DNA of 40,618 nucleotides from a virus: IMG/VR virus record IMGVR_UViG_3300045988_125605, positions 1 to 40,618 of that record; one strand, 5' to 3'. Shown piece by piece: positions 5,721 to 13,020 of this stretch (position 1 is its first letter; each line of letters starts with the position of its first letter). The notes under the pieces were generated by a model. It saw only the letters and a program-made list of their open reading frames with translations, ran no database searches and was not told where the DNA came from. The position numbers and the translations under genes were made by a program.

Positions 5721-7890
5721 CCTGAAAGGGATTCTCTCTCAGGAATCAAGAAAGGAAATGGACCTTCCGGAACAGAGAATCGTCTACCGCAGCCCCGAAG
5801 ATCTTCTTCCGGACAAAGAGAATTTCTATAACACAGAGGACATTGCGGATCTTAAAGAATCAATCAGATCATTAGGGCTTCTTCAAGCCCTCCTGATTGA
5901 AAAGAGGGATGACAAAGACTACATCATTGCTGGCCATCGCCGCCAGAAATGCTGTCTGGAGCTCCTGAACGAAGGAGACGAACGTTTCCGGAAAATCCCC
6001 TGCGTCTACACGGTAGGAACCAATATGGACGTAGAAGACGACGACATTACACGTCAGATCAAACTCATCCAGGCTAACAGCTACCGCAAGAAAACCGGAT
6101 GGGAAGAAATGACAGAAGCCCTCAAGATGGTAGATCTTGTGCAGGAACTTCGTAAAAAGACGGAAATGGAAGGCAAGAGCAGAGATATTGCAGCAGGCTT
6201 ACTTGGAACTTCATCCACTCAGATCGGACGCTACAAGAGCATCCGGACAAATCTATCAGATGATTTCATGAAAGCGTTTAAAGAAAACAATATCAGCCTT
6301 TCGATAGCGGAAGAACTGTCCAGACTAAAACTGGAATACCAGCGTCAGGCATGGGAGCATTACACGGAGCGTGGATCCATAACGTTGCCAGAAGTAAAGG
6401 CATTCAGGGACCTTCAGGAAGAACACAGGGACATCCCAGGACAACTTACGCTGGAAGAGGCAATTAGGCAGCAGAAGCCGCCAGAAGACGAAACAGTAAT
6501 ATCTCCGGAGCTGCAGATAGAACGATTCTACGAGGCTCTGAACAGAACTGACAAAGAACGTGTTAAAAAATGCGACAGTCAGATGGTTCCACAACTCCTG
6601 TTCATCAGATACAGCATTGTTCGCATCAGGAATGGCTTCTTCAACTATCAGGGAAGCAAAGAAGGAATTACCTTTAATCCAGGCAGCAGACTTGGGTATT
6701 TCCTGAACTGGAATGATTTCGCAAAAGAGTTGATCAGCAGATTTGGCAAGAAGAAACCGGTCAAAATGGCATCTGTGGTAGAGGAAGAACCAGAGAACAA
6801 TATGCCAGAACCGGCAAAATGTATTACTGGGCAGTCTGGATCCGGACAATGCGGAGCAGCAGCTTATTGCAACAAGGGATATAACTGTTGCTCTCAGTGT
6901 CCGGATGACTGCAATGGTCGCTGTGGATGGATAGAGAGCTGCCAACCGGCAGCAGAAACACCAGACGAAAAGCAGCAGAGCACACTTACAGAAACAGAAG
7001 CAGTAAAAGCGTTGTTTGAGAAATACCCAAACAAGCTAAAAATAATTATGAGGATATGTCGAAAATACAAGAAAGATGGAGAGGCGGCAAAAGAGACACA
7101 GAAGAAAATGGCACCGCATGGATGGAGCTCAATTGCGGGGAGCGAGGTTGAATACACATTCATGAGTTTTGCGGCAGGTTTGGAGATTACAGTCAAAAAA
7201 GAAAAAGTGAAAATGAAATACGGACGACTGATCGCAGAAGCAAAGAAACTGTATAACCCATTTTCACCAGAATTTGATACAGAGAAAGACCATTCCGGCG
7301 AAGACACCGAGATGGCATCAAAAACCCAGATCCCGGAAACATGGCCAGAATACCTGAAAGACATTCCAGTACCGACAGAAACTGCACTCGCATCTTACCT
7401 GTATGACCAGGAAAGAGATCTCAAACAGATCCTGGATATCGAAAAAGAAGAACCGGGATTACCATACATGACGATCATGCAGCAGCAGATGGTAGTGGCT
7501 GGACTTAGACTCTTGCAGAACTGCGTCAAAAGCATAGAAGAACCAGAACAGCCGCCTCTTCCGGAAATGAAAAATAACGATCAGCGAAAAGAATGGCTGA
7601 GGAACCACAAGGCATGGGGGCTGTGGTACACAGATCCTCACACCGAAGCACGGTACTACAAGTATGATTTTGACAATGGCGCACGCCTGATCGCGGAAGA
7701 ATATGATCCAGAGCCGAAAGACGAAAACAGCTGGTGGGCACCAACGGAATCATGCTATCTGCATCTTGTAGGAGGACCGGAACCAGAAAGAGCCGGAGGC
7801 GTGCCGAAGTGGACATACCATCCAAAATACAACAAGTTCCCAAACAGCGAAACAGAACTTGTCGAATTCTTAAAGGAGATACAGAAATGA
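5707..7890 (+). CDS. parB: ParB/Srx-domain protein with a long C-terminal extension (728 aa) including a 9-Cys cluster
   Basis: N-terminus LGLLQALLIEKRDDKDYIIAGHRRQKCCLEL (ParB GxRR box). It directly follows parA and overlaps it by 14 nt. GGAGGT SD before the ATG at 5707. Cys cluster at 6820..6942. Confidence 0.75.
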   Translation: MAKFDLKGILSQESRKEMDLPEQRIVYRSPEDLLPDKENFYNTEDIADLKESIRSLGLLQALLIEKRDDKDYIIAGHRRQKCCLELLNEGDERFRKIPCVYTVGTNMDVEDDDITRQIKLIQANSYRKKTGWEEMTEALKMVDLVQELRKKTEMEGKSRDIAAGLLGTSSTQIGRYKSIRTNLSDDFMKAFKENNISLSIAEELSRLKLEYQRQAWEHYTERGSITLPEVKAFRDLQEEHRDIPGQLTLEEAIRQQKPPEDETVISPELQIERFYEALNRTDKERVKKCDSQMVPQLLFIRYSIVRIRNGFFNYQGSKEGITFNPGSRLGYFLNWNDFAKELISRFGKKKPVKMASVVEEEPENNMPEPAKCITGQSGSGQCGAAAYCNKGYNCCSQCPDDCNGRCGWIESCQPAAETPDEKQQSTLTETEAVKALFEKYPNKLKIIMRICRKYKKDGEAAKETQKKMAPHGWSSIAGSEVEYTFMSFAAGLEITVKKEKVKMKYGRLIAEAKKLYNPFSPEFDTEKDHSGEDTEMASKTQIPETWPEYLKDIPVPTETALASYLYDQERDLKQILDIEKEEPGLPYMTIMQQQMVVAGLRLLQNCVKSIEEPEQPPLPEMKNNDQRKEWLRNHKAWGLWYTDPHTEARYYKYDFDNGARLIAEEYDPEPKDENSWWAPTESCYLHLVGGPEPERAGGVPKWTYHPKYNKFPNSETELVEFLKEIQK

Positions 7891-8204
7891 ATGATGCACA
7901 AAACTCAATAATGGATATGGCAAGTTATGTATGCGATCACATCTGCCAAAAACCGAAAGAGATCACAGACAAGGAAAAACTGGAAGAATACTGCAATGGA
8001 GTCTGTGACCTTCCCACACACATATGTCGCGCAATGAATATGGCAGGAATAAAAGGCTCCATTCGCTGTGGTGATTGTAAGTACCGCGCACGCGAAGAAG
8101 AGACAGATACAACCTGGTGCCGTCTCCCAGAAGGATTGGGCGGAAATCTGGAAGAAAAAGACGAATGCAGCAGAGGAAGAAAGGTGTCCGAGTCGGACAC
8201 CTAA
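7887..8204 (+). CDS. Cysteine-rich hypothetical protein (105 aa)
   Basis: AAGGAG SD. The ATG overlaps the parB-like stop (ATGA). Multiple CxxxC/CxxC pairs. Confidence 0.5.
   Translation: MNDAQNSIMDMASYVCDHICQKPKEITDKEKLEEYCNGVCDLPTHICRAMNMAGIKGSIRCGDCKYRAREEETDTTWCRLPEGLGGNLEEKDECSRGRKVSESDT
8183..8201. repeat. 19-bp palindrome GGTGTCCGAgTCGGACACC (family copy B)
   Basis: Perfect 9+1+9 palindrome at the 3' end of CDS 7887..8204. Near-identical copies at 10731, 27634 and 30661. Confidence 0.9.
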
Positions 8205-8287
8205 AAACAGAGGGTGCAACTAAAATCCATATATATCACACAATACACAAGGGAGGCACCTGTTATGCCTCCCGGAAAGGAGCAATC

Positions 8288-8647
8288 ATGATGTACACAA
8301 AGGAAATGCAGACGAGAAAGAAGAAAAAGAGAATGAAACATCCCAAAAGTCTGCTCCATGAAAAAAATGGGACGTGCTACCTGTGTATGCAGCTGAACGG
8401 AAACTATAAAAAATATCTTCCCCTCTTCCTGGAGAAACACCATATCTTTGGAGGACCGAACCGGAACAATTCGGAAGAATATGGTCTCGTAGTCTGGCTC
8501 TGCATGGATCATCATACAATGGGACCTCTTGCAGTTCACAACTGCCCTGAGAGTGCTCTTGTGATGCACCAGATCGGACAGAGGGCATTCGAAGAAACAC
8601 ATAGCCGGCAGCAGTTTATAGACATTTTCGGAAAAAGCTATTTGTAG
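8288..8647 (+). CDS. HNH-like zinc-finger nuclease family protein (119 aa)
   Basis: CYLC...EKHHIFGGPNRNNSEEYGLVVWLCMDHH pattern (CxxC, HH, N, CxxHH). AAAGGAG SD. Confidence 0.5.
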   Translation: MMYTKEMQTRKKKKRMKHPKSLLHEKNGTCYLCMQLNGNYKKYLPLFLEKHHIFGGPNRNNSEEYGLVVWLCMDHHTMGPLAVHNCPESALVMHQIGQRAFEETHSRQQFIDIFGKSYL

Positions 8648-8655
8648 GAGAAAAA

Positions 8656-8886
8656 ATGGAAATTAAGAATCTGAAAATATGGCCAAGAAAGAAAAGTGAC
8701 AGAGGCGGATACGCCTGCATGCCGCTGAAAAGAAACGTACCAGAGGGAAAGAAAGGATGGAAACTGACAACCTGTCCGGAATGCGGAGCCTTGTGCTGGA
8801 AGACACCTCTTTTCGAAAGCATCATGCAGACAGGAGCCATTCCGATGTGTACCATGTGCGCACTCAAGAAAGGAACATGGAAATGA
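8656..8886 (+). CDS. Zinc-ribbon hypothetical protein (76 aa)
   Basis: CPEC...CTMC cysteine pairs. ORF-track entry. Confidence 0.5.
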   Translation: MEIKNLKIWPRKKSDRGGYACMPLKRNVPEGKKGWKLTTCPECGALCWKTPLFESIMQTGAIPMCTMCALKKGTWK

Positions 8887-9081
8887 AAGCGGATAGAAGA
8901 AAGATAGAGATCATTATGGCCAGAACCGGAAAAAGAAGAAAAGACTTTAACATGACATCATCCACAGTACAGAACATAATCAGAGAAAAAGGAAGTCTTA
9001 CCTGACACGATCGGAAGGCTGGCCAGAGAACTTGGCGTAGACATTACGGAAATACTGAAGGAGGAAGAAGATGCAAAGTAA
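8883..9081 (+). pseudogene. XRE-type HTH regulator interrupted by a +1/-1 frame change near an A5 run
   Basis: Frame A ends ...STVQNIIREKGSLT* at 9005. Frame B (8998..9081) continues LPDTIGRLARELGVDITEILKEEEDAK*. Together they form one canonical HTH_XRE domain. Confidence 0.5.
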
Positions 9082-9265
9082 AGAAATTGTTGATTTTTTG
9101 AAGAAAGCCAATAGAACCGGCGATATGGTGTGCATCTTGCCTGGCTCAGACATGTCAAAAGACATTATAAAATATCTTAAAGAGCTAGAAAAATACAAGG
9201 ATGCAAAACAGCAGGAAGCTGCGATTATCTCAGAAAGACAGGACACAGCAGAAGATGCCCTGTGA
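9071..9265 (+). CDS. Hypothetical protein (64 aa)
   Basis: AGGAGG SD 6 nt upstream. Confidence 0.5.
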   Translation: MQSKEIVDFLKKANRTGDMVCILPGSDMSKDIIKYLKELEKYKDAKQQEAAIISERQDTAEDAL

Positions 9266-9320
9266 GAGGATGCACAGTATATGAGAAAAGCGAAGCAAAA
9301 AGAAGGAGGAAGAGCAAGAA

Positions 9321-9836
9321 GTGACCTATAAAAACAAAGAAGGATATCCGGATCCGACACAAGGCGATGCCTTAAACGGAGTCAGAAGAGAAGAAAAACA
9401 GAGGCTCCTGGAAAAAAAGCATGGGTTCAAGCGCGGTGAAAAAGTCGTAACAATCAAAATGCTCAGAGATGAGATGCACAAGGAAGCGAAGAAAAAGAAG
9501 ATAACCTACACAGTTGTCGAATTACATCCTCACTGTATCCTTCTGGAGAACCAGAAAGGACGAATATGCCCGCCATACGCCAAGCTCCGGAAGATGAATA
9601 AGAGACAGAAAAAGAAACTCTACAAAAAGAGAACAGGGCATAATCCTCCCAAAGTAATAAAATACTCTCACGAGACTTATCGCATGGGAATACAGGAAGG
9701 AAAAACTTTTTCAGAGGCATTAAGAGAGTGGGCACAGCCATTCCGGGAACGATTAAGAGAAGCTGTTAGATATCTGACTAACACATATAACACGGTCAAC
9801 GCAGCAAGGATATTATCCAAACGCAGGAAGAAATAA
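9321..9836 (+). CDS. Hypothetical basic protein (171 aa), GTG start
   Basis: ORF-track entry. Lys/Arg-rich. N-terminal GYPDPTQGDAL motif. Confidence 0.45.
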   Translation: MTYKNKEGYPDPTQGDALNGVRREEKQRLLEKKHGFKRGEKVVTIKMLRDEMHKEAKKKKITYTVVELHPHCILLENQKGRICPPYAKLRKMNKRQKKKLYKKRTGHNPPKVIKYSHETYRMGIQEGKTFSEALREWAQPFRERLREAVRYLTNTYNTVNAARILSKRRKK

Positions 9837-9846
9837 CCGAAGGGGA

Positions 9847-10278
9847 GTGATACCATTGGAAAGAAACATCCTGGAAGAGTACATAGATGCCTGTGAGGTA
9901 ATCAAAGACATCGAAAAAGAAATCAAGAAGCTGAAAACAAAGAAGATGATCACAGCGAACGAGACGGTTTCTGGAAGCAATCCAGAGCACCCATACAATC
10001 CGCAGCACTTCAAGGTACAGGGAACAATCTACACTTATGGTGATGACGTTAAGATCAGAGCACAGGAGGATATTCTGAACCAGAGAAGAAAGAAAGCAGA
10101 AGAACTGAAACTGCAGGTTGAAGTCTGGATGATATCCATTCCGTTCCGGATGCAAAGGATTATCAAATATAGATTCTTCGAAGATCAGAGCTGGCAGCAG
10201 GTAGCAGATCGGATGGGACGCAGGGCAACAGAGGACAGCGTAAGGAAAGAATTTGAAAGATTTTTCGAAAAAATTTAA
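9847..10278 (+). CDS. Sigma-70 region-4-like / RinA-ArpU-type late gene regulator
   Basis: C-terminus RMQRIIKYRFFEDQSWQQVADRMGRRATEDSVRKEFERFF resembles a sigma region 4 HTH. It sits immediately upstream of the packaging module. Confidence 0.5.
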   Translation: MIPLERNILEEYIDACEVIKDIEKEIKKLKTKKMITANETVSGSNPEHPYNPQHFKVQGTIYTYGDDVKIRAQEDILNQRRKKAEELKLQVEVWMISIPFRMQRIIKYRFFEDQSWQQVADRMGRRATEDSVRKEFERFFEKI

Positions 10279-10281
10279 AAT

Positions 10282-10308
10282 ATGTCCGTTTTGTCCGATA
10301 TGTCCGCT
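10282..10308 (+). repeat. Three tandem 9-bp repeats each containing TGTCCG
   Basis: atgtccgtt ttgtccgat atgtccgct. TGTCCG is also the core of the dispersed palindrome arms. Confidence 0.85.
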
Positions 10309-10571
10309 TCGAAGATGTTATAGTGTAACATGAACGAATCGGAAATTCCAAGATGTTCACTCCTTTCTAAGATAAGGTTTGATGAAAGTAGCGCCGGAAC
10401 ACTGTCTGGGTACTTCGAGGGTAGGAACAAATGTTGCAGACGTTAATAAAAATTCAGTAATTAACTGAGGAAACCTCCAAGCAATCGGTACAACGGCGCG
10501 TATGGATTGTATCCCCGCGGAAAAAGGTTATTGCTTATCCTGCTGTCCGGTGTCCGGACCGAAAAGCATAT

Positions 10572-10643
10572 CGGAACATGGCTCAGTGGTAGAGCAGCTG
10601 GCTTATATCCAGCGTGCCGGTGGTTCGATTCCATCTGTTCCGA
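10572..10643 (+). tRNA. tRNA-Ile: tRNA-Ile, anticodon UAU (reads AUA)
   Basis: Hand-folded cloverleaf: acceptor CGGAACA/TGTTCCG, D arm GCTC-AGTGGTA-GAGC, anticodon arm GCTGG-CTTATAT-CCAGC, T arm GGTGG-TTCGATT-CCATC, discriminator A. No encoded CCA. Confidence 0.8.
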
Positions 10644-10692
10644 TCAGGTAGAGATACCTGCTTATACATTTCAATGTATATCCTCTCACACA

Positions 10693-10722
10693 GGCACCTC
10701 GGCAGCAGTCGAGGTGCCTTTT
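10693..10722 (+). terminator. Intrinsic terminator 1 downstream of the tRNA
   Basis: Stem ggcacctcg/cgaggtgcc (9 bp), 8-nt loop, then TTTT. Confidence 0.65.
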
Positions 10723-10730
10723 AATATACA

Positions 10731-10755
10731 GGTGTCCGAGTTGGACACCTTTTTT
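10731..10755 (+). terminator. Intrinsic terminator 2; its stem is palindrome-family copy C
   Basis: GGTGTCCGAgTTGGACACC followed by TTTTTT, 35 nt before the terS start. Confidence 0.7.
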
Positions 10756-10790
10756 ACACCTAAAATGAAACGACTGAGAGGTGGTGAGGC

Positions 10791-11687
10791 TTGCCTAGGG
10801 CACCAGATAAAAGAATAGAACAGGCAAAAGAGTTATACCTTCAGGGAAAGAAGCTGATTGAGATTGCGAACCAGCTAAACCTGCCAGAAGGTACCGTAAG
10901 AAGATGGAAAAGTACTCATAAATGGGATAGCGAACGTTCGGATAAAAATAGCGAACGTTCGGAAAAGAAAAAAGTAAAGAAAAAGAAGCCAGTTGAAAGA
11001 GAAGTCAATCAGGTGATAGAAAATCCTGAACTGACCGATAAACAGAGGCTTTTTTGCGTTTTGTACGCAAGATGTTTTAATGCCACAAAGGCATATCAAA
11101 AAGCATATGGATGTACATACGAAACAGCCATGGCAAATGGCAGCGAGACACTAAGAAAGACTAAGATACAAAACGAAATCCGGAGATTGAAACAGGAACG
11201 GCTGAACAGGGAATTTTTATCTGAATCGGACATCTTTCAGAAGTACATGGATATAGCCTTTGCGGATCTGACGGATTACGTTGAATTTGGTACAGAAGAA
11301 GAACCCGTAATGGCCATGTACGGACCGGTCAAAGTCGAAGATCCGGAAACAGGAAAGAAAAAACAGCTGACTCAGACGGTCAATGTAGTGCGTTTTAAAA
11401 AATCCTCAGAAGTAGATGGAACCATACTGTCAGAGGTAAAACACGGAAGGAACGGCAGCAGCATCAAGCTGGCTGACAGGATGAAAGCACTTCAGTGGCT
11501 TTCTGATCACATGGAGATAGCGACAGCAGAACAGGCAGCACGACTTGACCTGCTGAAAGCACAGGCAGAATTTGCAAGGATGAAATCACAGACCGATAAT
11601 GACGACCAGATTGAAGATGATGGATTCCTGGAAGCGTTGAATGGAACAGCAGCAGAGGACTGGAAGAATGAAGAGACAGACATTTAA
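10791..11687 (+). CDS. terS: Terminase small subunit with N-terminal HTH
   Basis: TTG start after GAGGTGGTGAGG. IEIANQLNLPEGTVRRWK is an HTH. DKQRLFCVLYARCFNATKAYQKAYG is Terminase_2-like. It directly precedes terL. Confidence 0.8.
   Translation: MPRAPDKRIEQAKELYLQGKKLIEIANQLNLPEGTVRRWKSTHKWDSERSDKNSERSEKKKVKKKKPVEREVNQVIENPELTDKQRLFCVLYARCFNATKAYQKAYGCTYETAMANGSETLRKTKIQNEIRRLKQERLNREFLSESDIFQKYMDIAFADLTDYVEFGTEEEPVMAMYGPVKVEDPETGKKKQLTQTVNVVRFKKSSEVDGTILSEVKHGRNGSSIKLADRMKALQWLSDHMEIATAEQAARLDLLKAQAEFARMKSQTDNDDQIEDDGFLEALNGTAAEDWKNEETDI
10927..10963 (+). repeat. Two exact 16-bp direct repeats (21-bp period), each with the perfect palindrome CGAACGTTCG, inside terS
   Basis: atagcgaacgttcgga at 10927..10942 and 10948..10963. 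Confidence 0.9.
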
Positions 11688-13020
11688 GTTCAAACCATTC
11701 TCCAGAAAACAGAGAATGACCTTGAACTGGTGGACAGAAGCATCCCCTGTCAAAAACTACAGTGGGATTATTGCGGACGGAGCCATCAGATCGGGAAAGA
11801 CCATCAGCATGTCGTTGTCATTCGTAATATGGGCAATGAGCACATTTTCCGGGCAAAACTTTGCAATGTGCGGAAAGACCATAGGTTCCTTCCGGAGAAA
11901 TGTATTATTCTGGCTAAAGCTTATGCTGCAGTCAAGAGGATACTCCATCACCGACCATAGAGCAGACAATCTGGTTGTAGTCAGAAAAGACGGAAAAGAA
12001 AACTATTTCTACATATTCGGAGGAAAAGACGAGAGATCACAGGATCTTATTCAGGGAATTACCCTGGCGGGTGTATTTTTTGACGAAGTTGCCCTAATGC
12101 CTGAATCTTTCGCGAACCAGGCGACAGGACGATGTTCCGTAGAAGGAAGTAAGTTCTGGTTTAACTGCAATCCAGACGGACCGTATCATTGGTTCAAGAT
12201 CAATTGGATTGATAAGTCAGTTGGTTATCTGGGAAAAGAGCGAACTGAAGAAATACGAAAGAAAGCAGCCAAAGAAGGAAAAGATCCCGGATTAAAAGAG
12301 ATCGTTTATCTCCATTTCACAATGGACGACAATCTATCTCTTGCAGAAGAGATCAAGAACAGATATCGCAGTCTGTATCAGGGAGTATTCTTCAAGCGTT
12401 ACATTCTGGGATTGTGGGCGGCAGCAGAGGGAATTATCTATGATATGTTCGATACGGACAAACACGTTCGAAATATCAACAATTTTTTTCAATTGCTCAT
12501 AAATGGTAGCCGGTACGTATCGTGCGACTACGGTACTCAGAACGCGACCGTATTCCTGCTTTGGAATAAGGGCGTAGATGGAAAGTGGTACTGCATCAGA
12601 GAATATTATTATTCCGGAAGAGATAAGGGAAAACAAAAGACGGATGCAGAATACGCAGATGACCTCAAGAAATGGCTGGACGAAACGAAGATAAAAGCGA
12701 TCATCGTGGATCCGTCCGCAGCTTCTTTTATTGCGGAACTCAGAAAAAGGGGATACAAGGTCATTAAAGCCAAGAATGATGTCTTGGATGGAATCCGACT
12801 GGTCGCGATGCTTCTGAATTTAGAAAAAATAGTGTTTTCTTCTTCCTGTAAAGAGACAATCAAAGAATTTGCTTCCTACATCTGGGATGAGAAGGTTGCA
12901 GAGAAGACAGGAGAAGACAAGCCAGTTAAACAGCATGACCACGCAATGGACGCTGTACGTTATTTCTGCAGCACAATACTTGGCAACAGACTTGCAAAAC
13001 TAAAGACAGTGAGGAGGTGA
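11668..13020 (+). CDS. terL: Terminase large subunit (PBSX/XtmB-type)
   Basis: Walker A ADGAIRSGKT, Walker B-like VFFDEV, and a C-terminal nuclease-region motif HDHAMDAVRY. The start may instead be 11641. Confidence 0.9.
   Translation: MKRQTFKFKPFSRKQRMTLNWWTEASPVKNYSGIIADGAIRSGKTISMSLSFVIWAMSTFSGQNFAMCGKTIGSFRRNVLFWLKLMLQSRGYSITDHRADNLVVVRKDGKENYFYIFGGKDERSQDLIQGITLAGVFFDEVALMPESFANQATGRCSVEGSKFWFNCNPDGPYHWFKINWIDKSVGYLGKERTEEIRKKAAKEGKDPGLKEIVYLHFTMDDNLSLAEEIKNRYRSLYQGVFFKRYILGLWAAAEGIIYDMFDTDKHVRNINNFFQLLINGSRYVSCDYGTQNATVFLLWNKGVDGKWYCIREYYYSGRDKGKQKTDAEYADDLKKWLDETKIKAIIVDPSAASFIAELRKRGYKVIKAKNDVLDGIRLVAMLLNLEKIVFSSSCKETIKEFASYIWDEKVAEKTGEDKPVKQHDHAMDAVRYFCSTILGNRLAKLKTVRR

Noticed and set aside
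8117-8287. N-terminal 57 codons of ORF-track CDS 8117..8647
   Set aside because: This part overlaps the preceding Cys-rich gene. An internal ATG at 8288 has a proper AAAGGAG SD and begins the conserved HNH-like part.
10507-10818. ORF-track CDS of 103 aa
   Set aside because: It runs straight through the tRNA-Ile gene and both intrinsic terminators, and has no SD. It is spurious.
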